64,000 nucleotides of DNA from Lingula anatina (GCA_051362555.1 CM120646.1:15934001-15998000); one strand, 5' to 3'. Positions 14,732 through 27,756 are shown, numbered from the stretch's first letter. Translations and numbers: made by a program. The notes: generated from the sequence alone by a model not told the origin.

Positions 14732-14998
14732 TAATGTAAGCGACCATTCCCAGACCCTATCGTACTAACTTTGGATCGAACTATCTCCGAGGGGATTCTC
14801 GCTTAATTGCAATTAACTTGAGCGGCTTAGATGTCTGTCACGCCTGCTGAGGCTGATAGAGGGTAATAAACTATCGTTTAGCAGCTTTAGTGGGCGTCCC
14901 AGACGTCTAAGCCGCTTGGGCTGAAAGCAATTAACGAGGGACCCTGTGGAGATGGACCGATCCTGTTAGATCGATCTAGGGATGGGAACCCAGTCTAA
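14732..14998. mobile_element. Fold-back (palindromic) MITE, family A, diverged copy
   Basis: Internal inverted arms (gcggcttagatgtctg / cagacgtctaagccgc). Shares both termini (taatgtaag.gaccattccca ... tgggaacccagtctaa) with the copy at 35314-35571. Confidence 0.8.
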
Positions 14999-16925
14999 AT
15001 CTTACATAACGGCGTTTCCATTTGCCTGTGAAGTGACTATATTAGGTATATATATATATGTGTGGCAGTGGACGACCTACCTCCTTAAGTCAAGTGACTA
15101 CTTTTAAGATATTGAAATCGATTTGTGCTTCATGGGAATAAGTTTGTTAATGTATCACCATCACTTACTGTTATGGTAATGGAAAGGTATTGTTTTTTCT
15201 TCCTTTTTCATTTCTTCCATCTAAGTCTGATTGTTTATTTCTCGGCGTTTAATGTGTTTTATTATAACTGCGTTTATGTTAAGCGTTGAGTATTTTGTAT
15301 ATTAAAAGAAATGCTAAGTCAAGAGGTCTATTAGAAAGGCACAGTTTAGATTATCACGCATGAAAAAGAAAACAACAACAACAACGAAATTCGTATGCAG
15401 CTGAGAACCACAAACACTTCTTCAACATATGTTCTTATTTCTGCAAGAGAAATAATATAAAGACGCCTCCTCAGTATCTCTTTTACGTCTTAACCTCATC
15501 ATAATAAGATTAGCATCAACCTTAATGAGATGTAATTAAAAGAGCAATAAATAGCCAATTGGCCATTTTCCGATACAATAATGTGTTATCAAATCTTTAA
15601 ATGGCCGTCATTTTCGTCTCTCTGATGAAGGAATTGTGAAGTTAATTATCGTTGTTCTCGTATTATTTACGACAAGGTTCACCCTAAATGGTATGTAACG
15701 TACTGGTAATATGACCATTGTTTAAATCACCAAAACTGCGATCGATTTTCTCGGCAGAAGACTAAACGGTAATTTCGAGGTAAAATACACAATGATCACT
15801 CGCTCATTTCATGTATATATTCAAAGAAGATTCCATAGATGGCGAAAGCCGCTCACATCTTTAGCAAGCTTTCATGCATCCATAAAATGTCGTACCCAAA
15901 TTAAAGTTGAAGCGTACCTATCAAACGAATAACATCTTGGCATTGCTTTGCCGTGCGTATTCACGACATGTCTCTTGGTGCTATTAAAACATCTGTTAAC
16001 ACCCTGAATTTCCAACTTCAAAATCTCAGTCTCATATTCCAAGTCTTGAGAGACGTTTAGGAGGGCGAATCTTGACAGTCTATGACAAACCCTGAAATGT
16101 GTTATTCAGCTCACCTGTCACTAAGTTACCCCAGCAGGGCAAAGCTTTTAACGTTTTTAAAGTGAAAAGGTCGTGTTCTTTCACTGTAACCGTGTCCCTT
16201 TGCTTCCAAGATTTGCCTGCACGTATAGAACAGCGGCAGAATAGTCTTAAAGGCCCCTCCTAACACAAAGCCGCCTTAAAAATCCGAAGGATCTGATGGT
16301 GACATCAACACAATATAGGTTTTTTTTTCCATTCGACACAATTCTGTATGTTCTCTTTGTTTTCTGACTTTCTTCAATCATTAACGCGTTAAGCAGATTT
16401 GCAGTTTGAGACTTCAAATGTTGGCAATGTTCTTAGTACGGTTACTTAAGGCAGTTTCTGTTGCACGGGGCGCAGTGTCACTAATAACCAAAGTAAAGCA
16501 GTTGTACTTGGCAATCTTTATTGTAACAAATCTAATCTCATACTTGAAGGACTTAACGACGTCGCATCACGTATTAAGCCTTGGCGTGGTACGTTCACAC
16601 GAGGAAGTTAGGCAGCACCTACTTGCGCCTGTGCACAGGCCATGGTCAGGTATTTGACAAAAAGAAGAAATTTCCAAACATGGTGGGTCAAAGGCTTGTT
16701 CAGTGACTCATTTGCCCCTACTGTAACCTACACATACCTACAACATTTCAGCTTGGCAGCCTGAGATAAAGTTTATTTAATTATAAATCGTTAACCTGTT
16801 TACTATACAGAATGGTTTCAGAGCACAGAAATGGGAATTTGACTCTGTCTTCCATCTCTACCTGTTGAATAACTGCGTTCGTATAAATATAGCACCTCTT
16901 AAAAGAAGAAAGTAAGTTCGTTTGG

Positions 16926-16958
<33 letters not shown>

Positions 16959-18707
16959 TATACGAACCCCAAAACGGCATCTCTAACCATGTCGACTTTG
17001 CTTGTGTGGTGTGGAACTAATTGGCAATATTAAGAAATAGGAATTCTGAGGTCCAAATACCATTAGAATAACTAAGGCAACATGAACAGTAGGTTCTTAT
17101 CATTTGCGTTTGCAACAACCGAATGGTAAATATAGTACCCCGTGCAATTTCTAGAGGAAACTAGGAAGTGTCCACAAACTGAATATATATCTCAGCGTGA
17201 CGTGCTTAAATGCAAAACAATCGTTTTACAAATACAACACTCTGATTCGCATTTTCATTTCAGCATCAAAGACCTTTCCGACAAATCGCAATGAATGAAA
17301 TTAGGGACCCTAATCAAGGTATGAAAGGAATAGAGACTTACATTTTATGTGGTATTCTTCTGCCGTTGTCCCGGTGGGTGCGCATTTGCTGCTTCTGTTT
17401 GAACTTGCTAACGACTCTCATTTATATGTGAAACGGTGGGTCATGTTACACAGTTTTCCTTATGAAATGAAATCCCATTATTTGCTTTTTTTATCAATTG
17501 GCGCAATTCACAATTCATTAAAAAAAAATTTCACAGGTACCAGTATCACACACGTCATTCACTCCTACGTCAATCTTATCCTTATAATTATACCTTGGTT
17601 AGTTTATCGAAACTGAGAAACTGCATCATTTTCTGTTAATGAACGTTGGTTTTAAATAAAGTGGGATCATTGATGGGATGGACAGTTAATGATGCAATTT
17701 TCTGACCCTTTCTGACCCTTTCAAAGTCTCACATAGCAACGGAAAGATAAATACACAGCATAACACTTTTTTTGCTCCTTACGCATCAATACAACGATAC
17801 GACTATGGTCATACACAAAGAAAGCCAAATCTACCATTCCACTGATTGATCCTGCCTTCCACACGCGTGCGTTAGAAAACATGGCGTTTTTGTGGCGGTT
17901 TAATTTAGCAAGGAATGAAATCACTGGAGGGTTTGTTCTGGGCGTGCTTCTGAAAACGCACGCAGCGGGAGGTAAAAAGCCCTCGACTATAGCTCCATAA
18001 GTTTAATAGTTCCGATTAATCTGTTCACTCTTCCTCCCACCCAGTGAACGCTCGGACGGATTGGCGTAAAAGGGCCATCCACACGTCCACTTTCTGTTCC
18101 AGTTCTAAATTGGTCTTTGATTAATGGAAATGATTTCCCATGGCATAAGCAGGCTGCCTGTCATAAGTGTTCATACATATAGCTTCTCCTGAATCTTATC
18201 TAATCTGAATCTGAATTTGGATGGTAGGGATGAAAATATTTTCAACCAAGAGCCTGTTTCGCAAAATAGCTACAGCCCGAAAACTGACCTAAACTTTTAG
18301 AACAAAATGTCCTTCCACTTCGACCAAACAATAAACGGTATTATTATTATTATTAATAATAATAGACTAAATATTGAGCATTTTCCCTAAATAATCTGTA
18401 GGCCTTGACATCGAATCCTAAAACTGAGACAGAAGCAAAACTTTCTTTTTAGGAAAACGCCATACTTTCCACTTGTCTTAGATTAAAAAGTGCCAAATGC
18501 AATTATTTCAGGCATACTTCTTGCTTCTTATATCGGGATTTCCACTTCCTCGGTTTCAAGTTCCAATCTTGGTTTTTAAGGCCATGACTTATATAATTTT
18601 TTGAACACATAAAGTGAGACTGATGTCAGAGAAATATTCTGTTCAGTAATAAATCAAACAATGAAGCAAATGTGCTAAAACGCAAATATCAAAATGATTC
18701 AAATGCT

Positions 18708-18713
18708 TTTATT
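18708..18713 (-). terminator. Polyadenylation signal AATAAA of the GM2A-like gene
   Basis: tttatt on the plus strand, about 220 nt downstream of the TAA stop. Confidence 0.6.
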
Positions 18714-18933
18714 CAAACTCAGTTGATGGACACTGCCATGTGATATACAAGGTAAGAGTCACTTGAGCCCTGATTGGCTTTGGGTTTTTAGTTTGCCGAA
18801 CAGTGTTAATTAATTTCCTTTAATTCAAATTCAAAGCAAATAGGCTGAGTTCACACACACCTTAAACGTCTCAGAATTACAGTTGAACGGGGGAAATTGT
18901 AGAGGTGTGAGAGCGGAGTCATGAGACAAGAGA

Positions 18934-21821
18934 TTACGAGTTGACCACAAGATCCGTGTCTAGCTCGTAGCAGCCCATTTCGACGCCATTGTGACTGAGG
19001 ACTGCTTTCATTCTCACTTGGGTCTGCTTCATTTTAAGACCCACAGGGGCCAGGGGAATCTTGATGTTCTGCAAGGCAACGAGGCCCTAGCAACGAGAAA
19101 ACAAATACATATCTGAGATCAATGGAATGTACAATATGTGAATGAGATTCGGGTTTAATGTTTTATCACACCCGCCCCAGTGTAAAGTTGAGCTGATATC
19201 ACCGAAGGTAAGTGATAAAAGAAGACGAAAAGGAAAAAATGATAGGGTTAGTTACTCATTCAATAGACAAATCTCTCTCTCCCTCTCTGTGCGTGCGTGC
19301 GTTTGTGTGTGTGTGTGTGTGTGTGGGTGTGTGTGTGTGTGTGAGTGTGTGTGTGAGTGTCTGTGTTTGTGTTGGAGAGTGACAGACAGAGAATGGAAGC
19401 GGGAGTGTAGAGTGAGAGGGCGTCACTTACCGCTGGGAACGGGCAGTGGCAGACCTTGACCCCCGCTGGACAGGGTCCAGGGGGCAGAATCTTGCATACG
19501 TCGTCATACACACAGCTGCCCACTTTGTGAATGCAGGGCAGTTTAATCCAGTGGCCATTTCTTAAAGCCTGGAAGTCCACGGTTGCCTTCAATGGGGATG
19601 TGAGAGCAGAGGCCACATGTCCTACAATAACAAATGAAAAAAAAATACAGTAGATTTCGGACAGTTTACTATCATATTTAATATCCTAATGACTGTCGTG
19701 AATGAAAATCTATTTTTCAAAATACCAGGTAAGATTAAGGGTGAAAAATCTCTTCACGCTCAAACACTCACGCACGCTCACGCGTACACAAAACGAACAT
19801 ATATCTTAGCTGTCGATTCTCACCCGCAGCTCCTAAAGTGATATTGCCCGGCACGGCGATGGGATCCGGACTGATGCTGAATTTTTTCAGCTGAATGGGA
19901 TCATTGGCTTTGCCACAGTTCTTCCATGTGCTCCCCACGTTGTTATCCTGGAAAGGAAATCACCAGCCATCAACGATTACGTTGAAACTGTGGTAGAAAT
20001 GAAGCATGAAACAAAGGGAGGCCCCCATAGGTTTTAGAAAAATAATTAATAATATGTACATGTTGGAATTCTGAAATTGTTGGTCTTCTCCTCTCTCCAA
20101 TAAAAAATATTAAGCTTTTCCATCGATAAGGTTCTAGATGAGTACCGCAAGCACTGCAATTAAACCGCCTGCATGTGCACTGTGGGTTTTCAACAGCTTG
20201 TCCCCCCACCCTCCAAATTTTTTCTCAGCCTAACGTCTTGTTTTATAACATGCTGCGCGGAACTTCACAAGCGGCGATATTAAACGAAGTTCAGAGGTTA
20301 AATGTTAGATTTAATTTTACTTTAATATGCTGCCTGAACCAAGTTTATTACAATGGTAAAATGAACGGTTTCAGATGCAAATGGTTTTGTTTTGAAACAG
20401 GTAAACAAGAGCGCCATCTTTCCTGTCCAGCCTTTTGCACAAAGGAGCCCGAAAACTGGCCTAAAACTTGAAGACCACTATTTATGTCTATTTTGACAAA
20501 TGATAAATTGGCAATGGTTCTAAACAAATGCTTTATAACAGGAAATGGCTTAAGTTTCACACATATCCTTATATTTTTGTTTATCATGAATAAAAGGACA
20601 ATTACCATAGTTTTACATGCCCTCATCGTATGTAAGAGGCCAACGTCATTCAGGATATTAAAAAAATTTGTTCATCGAACTTTTGAAACTAGTGGTCCAG
20701 GGGCTGATCCAGAGATATTTTCTGACAGTCTTATAAATTATTTTGTTGATCCACCTTCCATTTTTGACCGTCTTCCGACAGAAAAAAATTAGATTCCCGT
20801 CAGTGTAAACCTGAAAATCTGACCGTCTTCCGGAAGACCCAGAAGATGGCTTCAATCCGCCCCTGAGTGGGGCTAGAGTAAGACGTCAGTGGTTAAGATA
20901 ACGATGATGAAGCGAAATCATTATTTCATTCTTAAGTTCTAAATGATTTTATTTTTGAATGCCCAAATCTGTGGTCCTTGTTAACCGAAATGATATCTCA
21001 TTATTATTTTTTACTTCGAAATTAATGACCGGACAATTACCATAATTTAACATGCCTTCATTGTACTTAAGAGACCAACGTCATTCAGAATATAAGAAAA
21101 GACCTGTTCATGTAATTTTTGTTTTAACCATCCAGTCATTGAACTCGTGTTAGCAACTATTTAAGGAACTTGTGCGTCAGTGGATAAATTAATTGTCCTT
21201 AAGAGAAATCAGGGGCGGATCCAGAGATATTTTCTGACAGTCTTCCAAATTATCTTTGTTGATCCATCTTCCATTTTTGACCGTCTTCCGACAGAAAACA
21301 TTAGATGGCTGACAATGTAAACTTGAAAATCTGACCGTCTTCCAGAAGACCCAGAAGACGGCCTAAATCCGCCCCTGGAAATCATTATTTTATTCCTACA
21401 TTTTGTTTTTGGTTGCATAAATCAGTGGTCCTCGTTGTCCGAGACGATATCTAATTACTATTTTAAAAATTCATAAAAAGACAATCACAATAAAAAAGAA
21501 AAAGCAAAACGCTATCTCTCTGCCTGTATGCAGTCAAACCAACACGCCTCCTCTTGTTTCCATCACACTCGTGTATTCACCAGATTTCTACTCAACGCCA
21601 AGAGGAGTCTATCTGATTTCACTCAGCGAGAGTCCCTGTGGAGTTATTGCGCACTAGCTAGTGCGACATAACTCATTCTGAACGGCCCCTTATATACTCA
21701 CAGCGTGGTTAATCTCCATAGCCAACATCCCTACGTATCTCTGAAGTGCTCTGTCCCAGTCGGTGGCTGCCAGACTGGAGGAGACCAGAACCAGTACCAA
21801 CAGGGCTACTGCTGTCTTCAT
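18934..21821 (-). CDS. GM2A: Ganglioside GM2 activator-like protein (ML/MD-2 lipid-recognition domain), 195 aa, 4 coding exons
   Basis: Exons 21821-21702, 19947-19824, 19621-19431, 19086-18934; all GT-AG, phases 0/1/0, total 588 nt. Signal peptide MKTAVALLVLVLVSSSLA, then WKNCG..DPIQL..ISPDPIAVPGNIT, WIKLPCIHKVGSCVYDDVC, CHCPF and MGC, which are hallmark GM2A motifs. Confidence 0.92.
20698..20865. mobile_element. MITE (CAGGGGCTGATCC ... AATCCGCCCCTG), 168 bp
   Basis: Terminal inverted repeats; highly similar over its full length to 21210-21377. Confidence 0.8.
21210..21377. mobile_element. MITE (CAGGGGCGGAT ... ATCCGCCCCTG), 168 bp, TSD GAAAT
   Basis: Perfect 11-bp TIRs; GAAAT at 21205-21209 and 21378-21382. 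Confidence 0.85.
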
Positions 21822-22217
21822 TTTGTTATGGCTAAAATACGAGAAAAATGTAAGACACACAATTTGCATTGTAGCGAATGCCACTGAATTAGTGTTGTGT
21901 TCGAATCTGTTTTGATCGCACCAGGGCAAGTCTGACTTTTGTACATACTTTGTTTTATTTCGTCAGTTAAGTTTGGGGAACGAATTTTTGCCCACTCTCA
22001 CCTCCTTCAAAGTTGGGGCTTTGGCAATATTTAATCGTAAACATCAAATGAACACATCTCTGGTTATGAACATTAACATTATATATAGCCTTTTCTTTGG
22101 TTACATATTTGTGAATTGAGGAAAATGCGTTCTCCTTGCCGGTTAAACTTGAATTATCATAGAGCATAACGTTATTTTAGGCTCCATTAGCATAGACACA
22201 TTTGCACAGGCAGACAC

Positions 22218-22418
22218 ATCCAGATCAACCTAACACTGTGGGGATTCTCTTTAAGTGCAATCAGCTTCACAGACTGACACGCCTCTTTCTGGCGTTAAGT
22301 AGAATACAGAAAAGCTGATGATTATACGAGTATGTTGTAAACAAAAGGAGGCGTGCCATTCAGTTAAGCTGATTGCACTCGGTGGGAGTCCCGCAGAGTT
22401 GGACGATCCACGTAGACC
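22218..22418. mobile_element. Old fold-back element related to family A (a further remnant lies at about 21530-21655)
   Basis: Inverted arms: ctgtggggattctc/gggagtcccgcag, agtgcaatcagctt/aagctgattgcact, cacgcctc/gaggcgtg. Confidence 0.6.
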
Positions 22419-22721
22419 TATGGAGTTTACGGGAATGCACCTTAAATGCTTAAATGGCAGACAAAAGTCGCCCTGAGATTAGCTACTTCCTCATACTCAA
22501 ATCAGCTCGTGGACACTTAAGATTTATTATGAATGTCTTAAATCATAACGAATCCAACGGGATTGCCTGGAAACCTAATTTTTCTCACATGGTAATATAC
22601 CGATTCGTAAAATAAATAAATAAATTAATTAATAAACAAGCAGAGAATTGAAAAATTAGCGAAAACCTAACTTTCTGTAGTTTCACCTCCCCTACAAAAA
22701 CTGTAATGTAAAACCTCCTAC

Positions 22722-22850
22722 CTTGCGTCACACACAGTATACCACTCGTCCGATTCCAAAACGATTGGTGGGAACAAAACTCAGGCCAGCTTTATACCAG
22801 AACCAGAAGATAAGCCAGGCGTTTTCTGGTGCGACCCTGTCACGTACACA
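22722..22850 (-). promoter_or_regulatory. Candidate GM2A core promoter and non-coding first exon
   Basis: The ATG exon has an acceptor 10 nt upstream of ATG (AG at 21833-21832), which implies a 5' UTR exon. Minus-strand TATAAA at 22796-22791, donor AAG|GTAGGA at 22722/22721, and a GATA site at about 22808. Confidence 0.4.
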
Positions 22851-24030
22851 GCCCTCGCCCGCAAGCACCTGACAGGCACCCGGCGACCATAGGTTTCGGG
22901 ACTGAAAACCTTAGCCTGCTTGCCCAAAGGCTGTATTGTAGAAACATAATACAGGGTGTTGGAACGGGAATGATTTACACATGGAAATGGGAGCCTAGAG
23001 CACAAATGGGTTGAAAAGGGCTAGTTTCATATGTACGTCCTTACCGAACTATTCTGATTCTGCCCTAATTAATTTGTACGTATTTTATTTTCAGACTACA
23101 AAAATGCCGTCTTTATTGTAGGGAAATTCAGGAAACGCATTTTTTTCTGAAATATGGTCCAGTTTGTGTGTTTTTAATACATTTTCTACTACCGACCACG
23201 CCGTTAGACCTTTGCTCAAGGAGGGTACAGGGTTAATATACAGAACAGTGAAATTATCTAATCTCGCTTAACCGAAAACTGCATGTCATACGTTCTGGTT
23301 CGATTAATTATAGTAAACATGTGAAATTGTCAATTCTAGATTCTGTTAAAGATATGATACCCCATTAATATCTACTAATTACGGAACATTATCGGCAAAC
23401 AAAATGCAACGTAACCTTACTGACAACAATGAACAACAGAGCACGGTTTGTGTCTATGGCCGGAGACCCTGGTAGTGGAATGCAGTGGCCAGTTGACCTC
23501 ATATAATCCCAGTGCAATCGCCAACACAACGATACCAGTACATAGCTAAACACGCACTTAACATACACGGACAGTCATACTTGTATAGTTTTCTACGTCT
23601 TTCGGCCGACCGTCTTAATGTTTTATTTCAAATACCAAGCTTCTATCATTTACAGTGGGCGATTCGGAATGACAATCGACTTTGACAGGCAGTCAGCTGA
23701 TCAGCGGGGGGTTAATTCTGTATTGTATTGTTTCTGTGCATCAAAAATATTGAAGAATGACCCAAATAATTACAAGCATCATTCTAGTAGAGAAATTATG
23801 CTTTCTTCTAACAATATGGATACTTTGGAGCGCTTGGAAAGGAATTAGAATACTTCATGAATTTTTAGAAAAGAGTCTATAAGAACTTATATATGAAGAT
23901 TAACAAAACACTTAATTGCCGCGGTGTTTAATTATTGAACGTGTCTTCCAATTCATGGTCACTTGACAAAGACCACATTGTTAATAGTATAAAGAACAAC
24001 TGACCGTGGCGATAACGCTTTATTCGGTTT

Positions 24031-24786
24031 CAGGCCTTATAAACGGATTAGCGTTTACTTACACTGCCCGCAGATCTTTTAGCACTAACACCCATATTAA
24101 CCACCTAACCCACAAATTAACCTGCACTATCAGAGTGGATGAATGTTAGAGCTAGTTATCGCTTTGTCAGTGCTAAATAAGGGACCGTTCACATGAAAAA
24201 TCTATTTTCTAAAAATCTATTGGCAGTATCTTGTGATCACGGTCTGTGCCCTGAATACCCCGCGGCGTAATTACTTACGAGCGAGTTATTTCCAAAGCTG
24301 TAATTAATTCTCGGCTGCGCTCGGAGGAAATTCTGATACCTGGACGCATGCGCAGAGAGAAAGAAAATGACAGTCGCGGTTGCTTTGAAAAATGTGTTTG
24401 TCGATTTTGTGCAACAACAAGACGAAGAAGAAGATGAGGTCCATATACACACGACAGATATGAGTGCAAACTGACGAAATCCACAGTTTAAAGATACAAC
24501 TGCGCATGCGTCCAGGCGTCAGAATCTCCTCCGAGCGCAGCCAAGAATTAATTACAGCTTTGGAAACGACTCGCTCGCGCTGCTAGTTAATTACGCCGCG
24601 GGGTATTCAGGGCACAGACCGTGATCACTAGATACCGACAATAGATTTTTAGAAAACAGATTTTTCATGTGAACGGTCCCTAGTTGTACGGTGTGTTGGT
24701 TAATTTGTGGATTGGTGGTTTTAAAATATGGGTGTTGGTGCTAAAAATCTGCAGGTAGTGCTCGCTTAATCCGTTCAAAAGGCCTG
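24031..24786. mobile_element. Older outer MITE (CAGGCC ... GGCCTG, TSD GGTTT) interrupted by a younger MITE
   Basis: Imperfect arms of about 90 bp (caggcctt..aacggatta..cacccatatt..ccacaaattaacc / ggttaatttgtgg..aatatgggtg..aatccgtt..aaggcctg). GGTTT at 24026-24030 and 24787-24791. Confidence 0.7.
24181..24680. mobile_element. 500-bp MITE with TIRs of about 175 bp, PIF/Harbinger-like
   Basis: GGGACCGTTCACATGAAAAATC ... GATTTTTCATGTGAACGGTCCC; arms pair to about 24355/24500; flanks TAA/TAG. GGG.C.GTT ends with a 3-bp TWA-like target are typical of PIF/Harbinger. Confidence 0.9.
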
Positions 24787-25380
24787 GGTTTCAAGGGAGT
24801 TTTTCGACGAAATGCGAGTACTTTCTCTCGGTATGTATGTCAAATTACACACTGCCACCAAAATACACCGTGCATTCGATGGGGCTTTTTTCTGAATTTA
24901 GGCACAGCCAGCTCTGGTCAAAACATCCTTGCGTCAACTAAATGGAAGGAAAAATTGTCACCAACACTGAAAATATGGTTATCGGCAGAGGCTTTAATCT
25001 GGAAGGCCATTACCCTAGAGGATACAAAACCTTTCATACAGCCGTTTGATTAAATGTCACATACAGCACATGCTGTGACAGCTATTAACTCAGAACTTTC
25101 GTGTCCCGCAGGCAATGATGTACTGTTATCTCATGACGATTTAATATGGATCACTACTGAGAATTAAAAAAAAAAAGATCATAGTTCGGTGCACTTCGAT
25201 TTTTTTCACCGGGAATAGAGTGATCTCACAGCACACGTCACGCGCTGCAAGCAAGCTCATAATTGATTTGTTTAGTTGAGCATTGGCTTTGACTTGCTTC
25301 CCTAGCACAGCGGCTGCCGGGATATGAACAGAAACTCGGCCTTCTGTCGTATTTCTCCGAGCGCAAGCAAACCACACTTA

Positions 25381-25922
25381 AGCCCCCGTCACACTTATTC
25401 GGAATCAGCAGGAATCAAGCAGAATGAGCCTGAATGAAGAATTTTCAAAATTCGCACAACATTCGGGAAAAAGTTCAAATTGACCTTAATTCTTGTAAGA
25501 GTACCGTTGGAAAACTCAGAATGCGCTTGAACCCGCCTGGAATGTTTAATGTACTTTCTACTGTATTAGTTCTCAAATGCAGCTCGAATGTAGTTGGAAA
25601 ACTAGGAATATCTATAATGCTGTCAGAAGGCAGTCAGAATATTTAGAATATACTTCGAATGGCGTACTAGTGTAGTTCGATTGCTGGCTGAATTAATATT
25701 TCAGCTCATTCGAGGCACGTTCGAAACATTCTGGCGGGATTTTATACCCCCGTCACACCAGAGGCGCAATGATGAAGAATGGCGAGCCGGCCACAAGAAT
25801 GGGTAAAAAAATTTGGAATGCACTCGGAATTTTTAGAATGTTCTTCGAATTTCCAGGAACGCACAAATAATTGTCTTTCCGACGGCGTTCTTGCTCATTT
25901 CCCCTCTAGTGTGACGGGGGTA
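25381..25922. mobile_element. Composite Harbinger-like MITE: two left ends (25381, 25745) and one right end, GAAT-rich interior
   Basis: CCCCCGTCACAC at 25383 and 25747; GTGTGACGGGGG at 25909-25920; TTA flanks at 25378-25380, 25742-25744 and 25923-25925. Confidence 0.75.
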
Positions 25923-27252
25923 TTATCTCCAAATATAATCACAGCCCTAAATTTTTTTGGAATACGGTAGTGCTAGTATTACTCATCAAGCTGTACGCAT
26001 CAACGGTAACAAAATGTCATAACATTTGGATACTTCGACAACACTAATAATAACAATAATAAATAAATGTTAATAAATCAATGATTTGCAGTATTATAAG
26101 AAAGTTTGGAGAGGTTTGGGAAGCAAGACCTTTAATTTATTGCCACTTACTCTAAAATGCCAATAACATTCTTAGCTAACAGCTAGCCGATTCTTTTCTT
26201 TTCTGTATGGCAGCATCAAGCTTGACTTCATGGTGGACGGGCACCAATCACGAACGGAGAAAGACCAGCAAAAATGCTTCTAAATTTGGATTTTCGGAAA
26301 CGTAAAAGTTGACGTTCTTGGGAAAAGACGGTCATGTTATTTTTCTCACGTTATCGCATATCATAGAATGCAAATTTAACAGAACTACATTTAGATTACA
26401 AATGTTTTATTTAAAAATCCAGTCCCACCAAATATGCAATTCTTCATAAAAAAATGAATTTCAAGATGCAACACATTCATTATCCTCATTGTTTATAATG
26501 GCCGTAAAATAAAATACTGGAACGTTCACTAAATAATAAAATAATAATAATAATTCCTGCATTGGAACAGCATCATTACATTGAAACATTATCATTCCCA
26601 CTGAAGTCGATTAATTACTGAGCTTACTCTGATCCAGAAATACACAGTTTATAACTTGTTTAATTTTCATCACTGTGAATCAAACATCTTTATTTAAAAT
26701 TTTAAATTAACAAATTCTGAAGAATTCTAATAAAACTACCCGTTTAATGCACTTTGATTCTATTCTGATCTATCTTTATCTTAAACTTTTCACTGCATCC
26801 AAAGTGTTTTTTCCTTAGTACATTTGAGCACATACTACAAATTTTTCTGTACACCATTCTGAGTGTATGTGTTCAGCAAAGTAATGCAAAGTCCATGTGC
26901 AGTCTAGTACACTGGATAATTAGCAGCACTATCTTGGCCTAGATTTACCAAGACAAAACCCAAATAAATTTAAGTCTGAACCACATCAACCACATTCAAC
27001 CATCAGGCAGTTTTTATTAATGAGGACAGGTTCTCCCAAACTCTGACTTATCAAACACTTCATATGGATTCAGAAAACGGGAATATTTACTGATTAAATA
27101 ACATGGTAGTCAGATTGAGACCTTCAGTAGTCTAGGTCTAACTTTACGTGTGAGCACATCCATGGACATCAGCATCTTTTAATATTTCTTTTCAAATGAA
27201 CACTTTCAACTTTCATGATACTTTCATCCTTTTAATACTTTCTATTCAAAGA

Positions 27253-27756
27253 TTATTTTGTCCTATTCATCGCTTGTGTTTTTTTCATCTCTTCTCTATC
27301 TTTCTCTACCTTCTCCTTCACATCTCTGTACATACCACATGCAAAATGGAAAAATAAACCACCGAAGACAAGCAGAGTTTGTGTCTTTACCCTGACGTCC
27401 AACCAGTACCCAGAGTAAGCATTGAATGGCCTGGTTTTCACTTTATACAGGAAATACCCAATTGTTGTGGCAATTGCTGAGAATAAAAATAAAGCAAGGT
27501 TTAAACATTAAAAAAAACCCACAAATTATCCATAAAATAAAAATTATAACCATTACAATACCAGTGTTGATGAGGGGAGATCCAATTAAAATTAAATATT
27601 TATATAAGTGGAGCTTGACGGCCCTATGGCCTTGATCACCCTAAAGACACCATATAACTGAATTTAGAAAAACAATCATAATCAAATATTACTTCTAATC
27701 CTGGGGTATAAATGCACATTTAAAATTATCTGTTAAAGTAAATAGTAGTAAATGGG

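Larger units (their letters stand above)
20596..21490. repeat. Diverged tandem duplication (two units of about 440-460 bp) inside a GM2A intron
   Basis: ggacaattaccata..aacgtcattcag at 20596 and 21031; gaaatcattattt..gtggtcct..gatatct at 20914 and 21378. Confidence 0.75.

Noticed and set aside
24237-24507. Three overlapping minus-strand ORFs inside the 500-bp palindrome
   Set aside because: They lie within MITE arms and show no transposase motifs.
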